Shown here: positions 1 through 9,545 of the stretch, piece after piece
Layout: every line of letters begins with the position of its first letter
Position numbering within the stretch: position 1 is the stretch's first letter
NCBI GenBank assembly: GCA_963812045.1
Contig: CAWETF010000003.1
Location: 154,555-218,554 of the forward strand
Length of the DNA stretch: 64,000 nt
Direction of reading: 5' to 3'
Origin: an uncultured delta proteobacterium
GTDB lineage: Bacteria; Desulfobacterota; Syntrophia; Syntrophales; Smithellaceae
Program-made: the position numbers and the translations under genes
The notes under the pieces: generated by a model
What the model was told of the DNA's origin: nothing
The model's input: the letters and a program-made list of their open reading frames with translations, nothing else
Database searches by the model: none

Positions 1-1
1 G

Positions 2-796
2 GGAAAGGCTCAATATCATGCAAAGGTTGCGTCAGATAGACTGGAAATTGGATTTTTAGACGTTTCCGGCAGTAAAATTGTTGATATTAAAAATTGCCAG
101 ATAATGGAAGAATCAATTAATGAAGAAATGCGCTCTCTGAGGGGAAATAAACATCTGCGACATGCTAAAGACGCGCAATTGACAATCTGGTCGGACTATC
201 TTGGCGATCGGTCAAGTAAAAAAGAATCAGTTGCAAGGACAGTTAAAGGGAAGAACTTTCTGGTGCCCCGTGACGGATTCTTTCAAGCCAATTTATATCT
301 AACCGATAAATTGGTTGATGATGTTTGCCGTCTGATTACAAATAATGGAATAAATACCATTGTTGATGCTTATTGCGGAAGCGGGCTTTTTTCTATTTTT
401 CTTTCATCTTATGCTAAAAATGTTATTGGCATAGAAATCAATGAGAAATCGGTAGAGTATGCGCAAATAAATGCGGAAAATATGGGTGTTGAAAATGTGA
501 GATTTATTCACGGAGATATTGCGGAAATATTGCAGGGAAGATTTCTGCAACAAGGAGATAAAATAGATTTAATGGTTCTTGATCCTCCCCGTACAGGTTG
601 CGAAAAGGCAGTGTTAAAAGCAATTGTTGATTTACGGCCCGATAAGATTATATATATATCCTGCAATCCGGCCACACAGGCGCGGGACGTAAAATATTTA
701 AATGAATACGGTTATGATCTTAAGAGCCTTTTGCCCGTTGACATGTTTCCGCAAACAAGTCATGTTGAAATTGTAGGACTTATGACGCTGGTATAA
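2..796 (+). CDS. rlmD: 23S rRNA (uracil-5)-methyltransferase, RlmD/TrmA family (5'-partial)
   Basis: Motifs FFQAN, DAYCGSG, LDPPRTG, YISCNPAT, DMFPQT. The frame is open back to position 2, so the true start lies upstream of the window. Confidence 0.9.
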   Translation, partial: GKAQYHAKVASDRLEIGFLDVSGSKIVDIKNCQIMEESINEEMRSLRGNKHLRHAKDAQLTIWSDYLGDRSSKKESVARTVKGKNFLVPRDGFFQANLYLTDKLVDDVCRLITNNGINTIVDAYCGSGLFSIFLSSYAKNVIGIEINEKSVEYAQINAENMGVENVRFIHGDIAEILQGRFLQQGDKIDLMVLDPPRTGCEKAVLKAIVDLRPDKIIYISCNPATQARDVKYLNEYGYDLKSLLPVDMFPQTSHVEIVGLMTLV

Positions 797-912
797 AACG
801 GATTATTTTATTAGAAATTTAATCATATAAATGATAAGAAAATTTATAGCTTAAAATCAAAAAAATTGTTATTCCTAAAAAGAATCATATAATATAAATA
901 AGGAGAGTAAAA

Positions 913-1401
913 ATGGCATCAAAGAGTAAAAATGTAAGGCTTGAACAGCTCCGGGTATTTGAAAAAAAACTGTCCCTGAGATTGCAGCAATTGGAACAAA
1001 GAGGGATCAGTAAAGATAAAGCTCAGATCGATCCTCTTGTTAAAAGCCTGAAATCAAAAATCAGAGAGACCAATGTAAGGATTGCGGCATTGGAAAAACT
1101 GGTCCAGCGCACTCAGGAATTAGCGCAAGCTAAAGCGCAAAAGCTGGCTGAAGCAGCGACTAAAGAGGAGAAATCAGAACCGGAAGCAAAACAGGCCGAG
1201 CCGAAACCGAAAAAGAAGGCAGAAACTGCCGAAAAAGAAACCAAGAAACAACCTGCCGCCAAAGATGACGCGCCGGCGAAAGAACCCAAAAAGCAGGCAG
1301 CGTCCACTGATGAAGCGGCGCCGAAAAAAGCCAAGAAACAACCGGCTGCGGAAGGCGAAGCCGCACCCAAGAAAAAATCCGCCAAGAAAAAGGAAGAATA
1401 A
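913..1401 (+). CDS. hypothetical protein with coiled-coil N-terminus and Lys/Ala/Pro-rich tail
   Basis: AGGAG RBS at ~901; ORF followed by a terminator; repeated KKQPAA-type units. Confidence 0.75.
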   Translation: MASKSKNVRLEQLRVFEKKLSLRLQQLEQRGISKDKAQIDPLVKSLKSKIRETNVRIAALEKLVQRTQELAQAKAQKLAEAATKEEKSEPEAKQAEPKPKKKAETAEKETKKQPAAKDDAPAKEPKKQAASTDEAAPKKAKKQPAAEGEAAPKKKSAKKKEE

Positions 1402-1417
1402 GATTCATATTCAGATG

Positions 1418-1455
1418 AATAAAAAAGGGCAATTTTAAAATTGCCCTTTTTTATT
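1418..1455. terminator. bidirectional intrinsic terminator
   Basis: Perfect palindrome AATAAAAAAGGGCAATTTT/AAAATTGCCCTTTTTTATT between convergent genes. Confidence 0.85.
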
Positions 1456-1498
1456 TCCAGAGCCATTTGTCAATTCAAATCCCGTTATACAAAATTGA

Positions 1499-3508
1499 CT
1501 AAATAATAAAATAAGAAAGATAGACACATGTTCCAAAACAGGCAAGCCAGCCGAAAACCACCGCTCGGGATATTTTGTATTTCATCAGCGGCGAAAGCCC
1601 CGTCGTGATAAGAATTCCGTATACCGGCAGCAGTCCCAGCGTAAAGGTTGCCCGTGCTATCGAGTACATAGGCAGGGTGAGATACATATAAAGCATAGCA
1701 AATAAATATATCAGGAATGCCGATCTGGATAAAACAAGAACCGGACGGGATATGTAGTTAAATGATCTACAGAAAGAAAATATAAAAGCCAGAGTTGCGG
1801 GCAATGCAAGCCATGCGCAGGAGAACATCCATTTGTAATTCCATGGGGGGAATGGTGGTATTGCTTTGGAAAGAAAATATCCGTCCAACCAGAACGACGC
1901 ATACAGGGCATCCCAAAATCCCCTGACATAGGAAAAGGCTGGCCGGACAAGCGAAGCGCCGAAGCTGGTGAAATGGCCGATCAGCCGGAATCCGGGGTCC
2001 TGCCACCAGCTCATGTACAGCGGGCCGCAACCGTCCAGCACCAGATTGTCAAAGTATAAATAATTTCTGATATAGAACCATCCCGATATGAGAAAGGCGA
2101 TAACAAACGATGTGAACGCGGGGCGCATGCACGATCTGGAATCCTTTCTGTCCAGCATATAATTGATTACGACAAGCGGTATCAGCAAAAGGGCGCTGAC
2201 TTTCGCCAGCAAGGCAAGCCCCAAAAATACGCCCGTGGCAATCGAAAAATTTTTGTCGGGAGCATAATGCTGCTTTATGCATAAATATAGAACCACTGCG
2301 GTCAAAACGCCAGACAACTGCTCGTTGCCGATGGTCTGCGACATGTAAATATTCATCGGCAGGATGCCGCAAATCAATGTGCCGAGTATCTGGATATTTT
2401 TATTTTCACTGAAAGCGATTTTCATAGTCCGGTAGCCGATTTCAATCTGAACCAGCCCGCAGAGAAGCGGAATGACGTGCAAAAGCCGTAGCGTTGCTGC
2501 GTAGCCGGAAAGCGCCATTCCCGCTTTAAAAACAAAAGCGCTGATCATATAGAAAAGTGGCGCCTGAAAAAATTCCCATCCCTGGCTGGCCAGAGGCAGC
2601 GATATATGATCGGAAATATACTGGATGTAGGCGAGGTGCTCCTTGACGTCAAAGCCCATGAAGACAGGGAATTTCAGGAAGTTATTAGCGGCGAGTATCA
2701 GATAGGCCGCCATGACTCCGAAGCGCATGGCCGACGCCGTGAAGTATTTATTTATAAATTCAACCTTCGGGTTCGTGGATAGCACCAGAAGAAAAACAAC
2801 ACCGAAAATAATGGCCAGCAAGGGCAGAATGTCAAGAAACGCTTCCCTGCACGGCATTGATATCTTTACAATATCCGGTGAAACAACGGGAATTGTCGCA
2901 AGCGAAAAAATCATGATGGTCACGGGGTGCGTCACGTTTTGCGCGCGAATCCGTTTTGCGCCGTTACTTCCAGCCAGCCAGCTGGAATCCGTGGAAAGGC
3001 CTGCCTCACGGCAGTAAGCCCAGAGCGCGGGATGGCTATTGCGGTTTTTCACAGTAATGCGAATTTCATTTGTGCCTGTTTTAAGGGCAGGCGTGAGATC
3101 GTAAGATTTTCGTTTTTTCCAGTTGTCCGGTGCGCTGCCGGAACTTGATATCTCCCTGCCATTGACCGAAACCTGCGGCGACCTGAACGCCCGCAGAATC
3201 AGCGTTGATTTATCGGAGACCTTGTCAAGGTTGAATTGACGGTAAAATTCGGTTTGTGTTTCAGCGCCCGTGCGGGCGTGGAGGATATAGGGCTCTGGCA
3301 GGCGAATCCAGTCGGCATTTCTGTCCGGTGTCAGCAGACAGATATCGGGATTGTTTAAAATCCAGAAAGCAATGACCGACAGAACGGACACAAGAACGGC
3401 GGCATATAAAATGGATTTTTTAACTGAGCCGTCAGTTGTTTTTAAGAGGCCAAATTTTGTCATGAACATTCCATAACATTTTCCCGGATTTTTTTTAAGA
3501 TAGTTCAA
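1499..3508 (-). CDS. GT-C (PMT/ArnT-like) membrane glycosyltransferase with N-terminal extracytoplasmic beta-sandwich (sugar-binding-like) domain
   Basis: Many TM segments; FDVKEHLAYI and FQAPLFY loop motifs, GLALLAKVSA, WFYIRN; N-terminal YDLTPALKTGTNEIRITV resembles glycosidase galactose-binding-like domains. Exact start uncertain. Confidence 0.65.
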   Translation of the reverse strand: MNYLKKNPGKCYGMFMTKFGLLKTTDGSVKKSILYAAVLVSVLSVIAFWILNNPDICLLTPDRNADWIRLPEPYILHARTGAETQTEFYRQFNLDKVSDKSTLILRAFRSPQVSVNGREISSSGSAPDNWKKRKSYDLTPALKTGTNEIRITVKNRNSHPALWAYCREAGLSTDSSWLAGSNGAKRIRAQNVTHPVTIMIFSLATIPVVSPDIVKISMPCREAFLDILPLLAIIFGVVFLLVLSTNPKVEFINKYFTASAMRFGVMAAYLILAANNFLKFPVFMGFDVKEHLAYIQYISDHISLPLASQGWEFFQAPLFYMISAFVFKAGMALSGYAATLRLLHVIPLLCGLVQIEIGYRTMKIAFSENKNIQILGTLICGILPMNIYMSQTIGNEQLSGVLTAVVLYLCIKQHYAPDKNFSIATGVFLGLALLAKVSALLLIPLVVINYMLDRKDSRSCMRPAFTSFVIAFLISGWFYIRNYLYFDNLVLDGCGPLYMSWWQDPGFRLIGHFTSFGASLVRPAFSYVRGFWDALYASFWLDGYFLSKAIPPFPPWNYKWMFSCAWLALPATLAFIFSFCRSFNYISRPVLVLSRSAFLIYLFAMLYMYLTLPMYSIARATFTLGLLPVYGILITTGLSPLMKYKISRAVVFGWLACFGTCVYLSYFII

Positions 3509-3604
3509 TAAAAAATGTTGCAGATTAAAAATGCCCTGTCGCGAAACCTGTAAAAAACAAAAATCTGAGGCAATGTAAGTACCTCAGATCATTGAGTAAG
3601 ATAT

Positions 3605-3680
3605 TGGCGTCCCCACGGGGAGTCGAACCCCGGTTACAGCCGTGAAAGGGCCGTGTCCTAGGCCACTAGACGATAGGGAC
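3605..3680 (-). tRNA. tRNA-Glu (anticodon TTC)
   Basis: Reverse complement reads GTCCCTATCGTCTAGTGGCCTAGGACACGGCCCTTTCACGGCTGTAACCGGGGTTCGACTCCCCGTGGGGACGCCA: cloverleaf, GGTTCGA T-loop, encoded CCA. Confidence 0.97.
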
Positions 3681-3708
3681 GTCTCAAGACCAATTATGTA
3701 AATTGCGC

Positions 3709-3737
3709 CTTATATATTGTTAAAATTATAATGTCAA
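3709..3737 (-). promoter_or_regulatory. sigma70 promoter of tRNA-Glu
   Basis: TTGACA-17 bp-TATAAG followed by a GC-rich discriminator (GCGC) on the minus strand. Confidence 0.7.
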
Positions 3738-3966
3738 GCACTGACTCAAAAAAATAAGTCATGGAAATAATTCTAGTATTAACAGTGCTTTTGAGCATGG
3801 ATATCTGGAATAAACCGGAAAGAACAATCAAACGGTCATTAAATTGAAAGTTCACTCAAAGGATGTTTTGTTCCTGTTTAAATCACGGTTATGATGTTCT
3901 GAAAAATCAGAATGTACAGAGAATTGCTTCAAAAACAAATGTTTAATTTCTATGCAATTTTTGCTG

Positions 3967-4002
3967 CAAACGGCAGCGCTTTTTAAAAAGCGCTGCCGTT
4001 TG
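3967..4002. terminator. intrinsic terminator downstream of the START-domain gene
   Basis: Perfect 36-bp palindrome CAAACGGCAGCGCTTTTT/AAAAAGCGCTGCCGTTTG. Confidence 0.75.
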
Positions 4003-4037
4003 GTTATTTGCTGATTTCAAAGAACGATTTTAAAATA

Positions 4038-4748
4038 TCAGGGTTTTACGTATCCGGCTTTAATAGCGTCCTCAACGTACTTATTATATTTGGATGTTCT
4101 GCCGAGTTCGATATATTTTGGATTTTTCAACATTTTCATCATCCTCTTTAAAGATTTAAGAGGAGTGGTTTTGATCATCGGATTCGCAATAAAATGGGGC
4201 AATCCCTCGCCAAGATCGGGATCTATCATAAAAGTTATCCGGGTGTTTTCGCGGTTAACCCATTCCAGAGAAAAAACAGAACTGAATGAAGGCATTCTGA
4301 CATATCCTTTGTCCGCATCGTAGCTCATTTCATTGGTTAAATCGCTGAAAATAAAATTCTGTCCTTTTTGATAATCAATTAATACGTGGCTTTTCATCAC
4401 CATATCCCTGTCTTTCTTAAAGGGGATATGTTGACGAAACCATATTATAAAGACATCATTTTGGTCGTCAATGACTTTTAAGATTTTTGTTTCCTTACAA
4501 TCTTCCATCCACTCAGGATAGTTGGCAATATCTCTAAGAACCGCGCCAATTGTTTCTATTCTGGCGGGAACAACACAAGAGGCTTTGGCGGCAATATAGC
4601 CTTTGCCGGGTACAGTGCTGGTATATACATCGCAACCATGTTCAGTTTCTTCAAATTTCCATTGATATTTGTCTGCCTGGGCAAAACCGGCTGTGGAAAC
4701 AATGAAAAGCATCAGTATTGCAGTAATGATAAAACTTCTTTTAGTCAT
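4038..4748 (-). CDS. secreted START/SRPBCC-domain lipid-binding protein
   Basis: Signal peptide; LRDIANYPEWMEDC, KDRDMV and DPDLGEGLP match the START-domain pattern; GGAGG RBS. Confidence 0.75.
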   Translation of the reverse strand: MTKRSFIITAILMLFIVSTAGFAQADKYQWKFEETEHGCDVYTSTVPGKGYIAAKASCVVPARIETIGAVLRDIANYPEWMEDCKETKILKVIDDQNDVFIIWFRQHIPFKKDRDMVMKSHVLIDYQKGQNFIFSDLTNEMSYDADKGYVRMPSFSSVFSLEWVNRENTRITFMIDPDLGEGLPHFIANPMIKTTPLKSLKRMMKMLKNPKYIELGRTSKYNKYVEDAIKAGYVKP

Positions 4749-4973
4749 GGGATCCCTCCTGTTATTTTTTATTTAATGATTTGCTTACTGTATTTTGATC
4801 TATCCGGTATTTGAACACCAGTCAAACCGCGAAATCTATTGCATGGAGAGAATAATTTGTCAAGTGGTAAACAAACCGGATTGAATCGTAAAATCAATTG
4901 TGGTATAAAAGCAGCACATTTTTTTGCATTGCAAGTTGATTCCCTAAATAAATAATCAGGAGGTCCATGCGCG

Positions 4974-5333
4974 ATGTCGGAAGAAACCCACAAAAAAGAA
5001 CATCACGAAAAACATCTGGAAAAGTTAACCATTAAGGAGCTGCGGGATATTGCTGCTGAGATTCCCCATGAAAAGGCGATCCATGACATGAAGAAAGAGG
5101 AGCTTGTCGCTTTTATCAAAGAAGCACGCGGCATCAAGGACGAAACGCCGGTCAAGAAAAAGAAACACATAGGCAAGATCAAGATGACCAGACCCGAGCT
5201 CAAAGCAAAAATACGCGAACTAAAAGCATTGAGGTTGAATGCTCTGGAATCGAAGGAAAAAGAAAAAGCCCTGCGATTGAGGCATCAAATCAATCAATTG
5301 AAGAAAAAATCAAGACGCATTGCCGCAGCTTAA
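4974..5333 (+). CDS. small basic protein with Rho N-terminal-like domain
   Basis: LEKLTIKELRDIA...MKKEELV pattern; AGGAGG RBS. Confidence 0.65.
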   Translation: MSEETHKKEHHEKHLEKLTIKELRDIAAEIPHEKAIHDMKKEELVAFIKEARGIKDETPVKKKKHIGKIKMTRPELKAKIRELKALRLNALESKEKEKALRLRHQINQLKKKSRRIAAA

Positions 5334-5337
5334 GATA

Positions 5338-6393
5338 TCACTTTTTTACAGCTGATATATGCGTCTTTAACGCATTCAGGCCATTCCATATCTCGTCGCT
5401 ACCGACAAATTTTCTGGCATCCTTTGCGGAATACTTAATGACGCAGGTGGGTGTGTGGTCCACTTTATTTACATTAGATATGGCAGTAAGCATAATGTAC
5501 ACGGATTTTTCGTCCATCGCTTTCCAGGGAATTTTCTTTTCTTTCAGATAAGCGATCAGAGCATCTTCTTTTTCGATATGTTTAACCTGTGCCGCTTCGA
5601 AAAGCGTTTTGCGGACATAAAAAATGTTTTTCGGACTGGAATTTACTTTTGCCGCGTAAAGGTAATACTTGACGTAAATCGGTGTAGCTTTATGAAAGGG
5701 GACATCAACAAAGGTGACTTTTGTCTTATTGGTTGCCAGTAATTCCTTTAACAACGATTCGGCTCTTGTATCAATAACCTTACAGGGCGGGCAGAAATAG
5801 TCGGTAAACAAAATAATCTCGTAGGAACCCTTTCCAAGAGTTGGGACGCGATTGACAATCTCCTGACCGTAGGCAGGAGTGACAGAACCGGAAAAAGTAA
5901 ATAAAATAGTTAAATATCCCAACAAGCTAAAAATCAACAACGGCAACTTATGAATTCTGAACATAGGAAAATCAACCTCCCCGAGAAAATAGAGCCACAT
6001 CCTGCTGCGATTTTCGAGCCACGCGGATGGCACCTCATAATTGATGATAAATGATAAGATCAATATTAACGAAAATGCAAGACAAAAAGGGCAATAAACG
6101 TCATTTTGTATCTGAAAGGCATATAAATGTACTTCGACACCCAGCCCGCCTGCCAGTGCGGCCCGCACAAACGGAGACAGCTTAAAGGCGGCAAGCACTA
6201 TTATCGCAGTCATGCCAGCGATGCCGACCCATTTTAGATCAATGCCCCAGATATCGCCTTTTAAATAACTGCATGATGTGCCACAGTAGTCGTAATACAT
6301 CATCAATACGATACCGGCGAGCGACAACGCCATGGTCATGATATTGCGATATTTTTTTATAAATTCTTTCATGTTCATTATGATGATATCCAC
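5338..6393 (-). CDS. VKOR-like membrane domain fused to a thioredoxin/DsbA-like domain
   Basis: Loop cysteines CGTSC, membrane YCPFC, and C-terminal FTDYFCPPC with cis-Pro HTPT. Confidence 0.7.
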   Translation of the reverse strand: MDIIIMNMKEFIKKYRNIMTMALSLAGIVLMMYYDYCGTSCSYLKGDIWGIDLKWVGIAGMTAIIVLAAFKLSPFVRAALAGGLGVEVHLYAFQIQNDVYCPFCLAFSLILILSFIINYEVPSAWLENRSRMWLYFLGEVDFPMFRIHKLPLLIFSLLGYLTILFTFSGSVTPAYGQEIVNRVPTLGKGSYEIILFTDYFCPPCKVIDTRAESLLKELLATNKTKVTFVDVPFHKATPIYVKYYLYAAKVNSSPKNIFYVRKTLFEAAQVKHIEKEDALIAYLKEKKIPWKAMDEKSVYIMLTAISNVNKVDHTPTCVIKYSAKDARKFVGSDEIWNGLNALKTHISAVKK

Positions 6394-6629
6394 ATTTTTG
6401 ATGCCTTATATCTTATTCCTGAGAAAAATTCTTCCTAAATTTAGGCTGTTTAAACAATATGGTCAGTATGCATAAACAGGTCATCTTTTGCTTTGGCAAT
6501 ATATTCAAACAGCGGTAAATTTCAACTTATATTTATATATAGCAGAAGAATAAATTGGCGATAATATTATTGAGAATGTTTCTTTATTATTGTAAATTTA
6601 GAAAAGCAAGAAAACAGGTTGATAAAATA

Positions 6630-7085
6630 GTGGCTAAAATATTAATCGTTTATCATTCCCAGACGGGCAATACAAAAAAGATGGCCGATGCCGTGGCGCA
6701 GGGTGCGCGAGGGATTGAAGGCGTGGAAGTTGTTTTGAAAAAAGCGGCGGACGCCACACTGGAAGATCTCCTGACAGCGGATGGTTTGGCTATGGGGACA
6801 CCGGAAAATTTCGGTTACATGTCCGGGATGGTGAAGGATTTTTTTGACCGTACTTATTTAGGCGCGCAGGAAAAAGCTTTCCGCAAACCTTTTGTTATTT
6901 TTATCAGCGCGGGAAACGACGGAATGGGCGCGCTCAGAGCCATCGAGCGAATCGCTTTAGGTTATAAATTCAAAACCGTTTTCCATCCGGTTATTGCCAA
7001 AGGCGTGATTACGGATGAAATCCTTGATCAATGCCATGAACTGGGCGCTACGATCGCTGGTGGCTGCCAGATGGGTATCTATTAG
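6630..7085 (+). CDS. flavodoxin/WrbA-like NAD(P)H-dependent oxidoreductase
   Basis: ILIVYHSQTGNTKKMA FMN-binding loop, GTPENFG; likely GTG start at 6630. Confidence 0.85.
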   Translation: MAKILIVYHSQTGNTKKMADAVAQGARGIEGVEVVLKKAADATLEDLLTADGLAMGTPENFGYMSGMVKDFFDRTYLGAQEKAFRKPFVIFISAGNDGMGALRAIERIALGYKFKTVFHPVIAKGVITDEILDQCHELGATIAGGCQMGIY

Positions 7086-7165
7086 CTTGTTGTCCACAGC
7101 ACTCGGAATATTCATGTTAATTTGATTTTACGCTCAGCAAAAATACGGGAAAGAAATTCCAAAGG

Positions 7166-8137
7166 GTGAAAATGCCAATAATATATCTCGCGCCAGTTCA
7201 GGGGACAACCGACAGGATTTATCGAAACCTGTTCCCCGTTTATTTTAAGGGCGTTGATATGGCGATTGCGCCATTCATCTCCGTATCGAAGAAAATGAAA
7301 CCCCAGAATAATCTTCTGCGCGAATTTTACCCTGATAGAAACACGGGTATTCCCACGATACCGCAGATCATGAGTTCCGATCCGGATGACTTCACAAGGC
7401 TCGCCAATGCGTTATTTGACCTTGGATACGGCACGGTGAACTGGAATATCGGCTGTCCGTTTCCGATGGTTGTGAAGAAAGGCAGAGGGGCGGGAATGCT
7501 TTGTCATCCGGACAAGATTGAATCTTTTCTCGAAAAAACGATGTCTGATTTAAAACCGGAATTATCAATAAAACTCAGACTCGGATTAAAATATCCTGAC
7601 GAAGTATTGCAACTCATCCCGATTTTCAACAAGTTCCAGCTTGAGGAACTGATCATCCATCCGCGGACCGGTGTGCAAATGTATAAAGGTGAAGTTGATC
7701 TCGATATGTTCGAAAGATGTCTTCATCTCTCGAAACACCGGCTTGTATATAACGGAGATATAGATTCAGCGCAGAAAATGGCGATGCTCTCGAAACGGTT
7801 CGGAAAAATAGACAGATGGATGATTGGCAGGGGCCTGCTGGAAAATCCGTTCCTTGCCGAACAAATTAAATTCAACACAGAAAAACCTTATAATGAAAAG
7901 ATAAAAATCATCAGGGCTTTTCATGACGAATTATTTGCCGAATATTCGAAAATATTGTCCGGCCCTTCGCATATCGTAAATAGAATGAAAGAAATCTGGA
8001 CATATATGGGCGGCTTTTTTGAAAACAGAAAAAAGATACAAAAGAGGATATGGAAAACACATCACAGGGATAATTATACCGATGTTGTAAATAAGATTTT
8101 TGATGAGCTTCTTTGCCATAAGACGAATTTTGTTTGA
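7166..8137 (+). CDS. tRNA-dihydrouridine synthase family protein
   Basis: YLAPVQG, NWNIGCP, IIHPRT, YNGDI, MIGRG. Confidence 0.9.
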   Translation: MKMPIIYLAPVQGTTDRIYRNLFPVYFKGVDMAIAPFISVSKKMKPQNNLLREFYPDRNTGIPTIPQIMSSDPDDFTRLANALFDLGYGTVNWNIGCPFPMVVKKGRGAGMLCHPDKIESFLEKTMSDLKPELSIKLRLGLKYPDEVLQLIPIFNKFQLEELIIHPRTGVQMYKGEVDLDMFERCLHLSKHRLVYNGDIDSAQKMAMLSKRFGKIDRWMIGRGLLENPFLAEQIKFNTEKPYNEKIKIIRAFHDELFAEYSKILSGPSHIVNRMKEIWTYMGGFFENRKKIQKRIWKTHHRDNYTDVVNKIFDELLCHKTNFV

Positions 8138-8228
8138 CGACAAAAGCAAAACACTCTAGACGACATTTGATGAAATTATTATTTTTCCGTTTCTTCGTTT
8201 AATATTACATTTCGCGGCCAAGATTGTC

Positions 8229-8257
8229 TTGACATACAAGACCTCATTTTCTATACT
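8229..8257 (+). promoter_or_regulatory. sigma70 promoter upstream of the SPOR gene
   Basis: TTGACA-17 bp-TATACT. Confidence 0.65.
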
Positions 8258-8346
8258 TTTACGGACAAAAAAGAAATTATTATCCATTTGAAGTAATTTT
8301 GCCGGTAATAAAGATAATTGAATTCTAATCAGGAGGAGCTAAAAGA

Positions 8347-9297
8347 ATGATGAACAGTATCTTTAAGAAATCAAAATGGATGATATTGCTTCCAGCCGGA
8401 ATATTGTTCGCCCTGCTTACCGCCGGTCCTGTTTTTGCCGATTATTGCGGTCATGTTGCATCCTTCAAAAGTGAGAAAAACGCGGTTGTATTCGTTCACA
8501 AAATGAAGGCCAAAGGGCTTGTGGCCTATTATCAGAAAGAAGATGTTCCGGGAAAGGGAGAATTTTTTAGAGCGTATATTGGCGGATATAAAACTATGGC
8601 GCTTGCACAAAAAGCTTTAACCAAATTGAAAAAAGCAGGCGAGATTGATACTTTTGAGATTCATAAGATGGCAGCGAAAAACAAAGAAGCAGCGGCAGAA
8701 AAAATTGAAACCGCAGCACAAACCAGCGAGCCGGTACAGAAACCGGAAAAGAAGGTTGAGACCGTAACGCAAACCAACGAACCGGCGCAGAAACCAGAAA
8801 AGAAAACAGAGACGGCCACACAAAAGACCGAGCCTTCGCAAAAACCGGAAAGCAAAACTGGAACCGTAGCACAGAAAAACGAGCAAATGCAGAAACCAGA
8901 AAGTAAAGCTAAGGCCGCATCACAAACCACTGAGCCGGCACAAAAAACGGAAATAGCTGCGCAAAAGCCCGAGCCGGCACAGAAACAGGAAAGCAAAGCT
9001 GAGCTTGCAGATCAAAAAAGTGAGCCGGTAAAACAGCCGGAAAAGAAAACTGAAACCGCAGCGCAGAAGGCCGAACCGGCACAGAAGTCTGAAAAGAAAA
9101 TTGCATCCGCAGTCGATACCCGGCACTATTATGACGGAATAAAAGGGATTGTTTTGCAAAACGGAAGAAAAATCAGGGGGCAGATATTAAGTATCGATGA
9201 AAATGATGTGCTGAGGATTCGTACAAGAAGTGGAAGAATTTTATCATATTCTTTTACCAAAGATGTTAAAGAATATATAACAGCAAATGAACCGTAA
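8347..9297 (+). CDS. secreted SPOR-domain protein with repetitive Q/K/E/P/T linker and small C-terminal beta domain
   Basis: Signal peptide; HVASFK...FRAYIGGY SPOR pattern; tandem QKxEPAQKPExK repeats. Confidence 0.75.
   Translation: MMNSIFKKSKWMILLPAGILFALLTAGPVFADYCGHVASFKSEKNAVVFVHKMKAKGLVAYYQKEDVPGKGEFFRAYIGGYKTMALAQKALTKLKKAGEIDTFEIHKMAAKNKEAAAEKIETAAQTSEPVQKPEKKVETVTQTNEPAQKPEKKTETATQKTEPSQKPESKTGTVAQKNEQMQKPESKAKAASQTTEPAQKTEIAAQKPEPAQKQESKAELADQKSEPVKQPEKKTETAAQKAEPAQKSEKKIASAVDTRHYYDGIKGIVLQNGRKIRGQILSIDENDVLRIRTRSGRILSYSFTKDVKEYITANEP
8700..9110 (+). repeat. degenerate ~48-bp (16-aa) coding tandem repeat
   Basis: About 8-9 units such as GAGCCGGCACAGAAACC...GAAAAG inside the SPOR gene. 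Confidence 0.75.
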
Positions 9298-9371
9298 CAA
9301 GGTGTCCGAAACCAAACGACTGCCAGATGGACATAACATCTATTAATTATCCCCACTGTCATCATTTCCTG

Positions 9372-9412
9372 GCTCTTTGCCCGGCGAATGCCTGGGTGAC
9401 TAGGGAATCCAG
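9372..9412 (+). repeat. REP-like element, copy 1 (direct repeat of 10840-10879)
   Basis: GCTCTTTGCCCG(G)CGAATGCCTGGGTGACTAGGGAATCCAG; the two copies differ by a single indel. Confidence 0.8.
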
Positions 9413-9545
9413 AATGCTGCTACTGGCAATATCTTGCGTTCTTCGTAGATTTCCAAAACGGTAGAATTGTTGCTTTAACCTCTCGCAGTTTTTAGCAGTA
9501 GTCAGAATGGAGGATTACTGGCCGAAGGATGCAGTTATGCGGCTC

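Noticed and set aside
3605-3680. tRNA-Glu as an integration site for an island or prophage
   Set aside because: No integrase and no duplicated tRNA 3' end seen in the window
8594-9159. Cys/Phe-rich minus-strand ORFs
   Set aside because: Antisense translation of the repetitive SPOR linker
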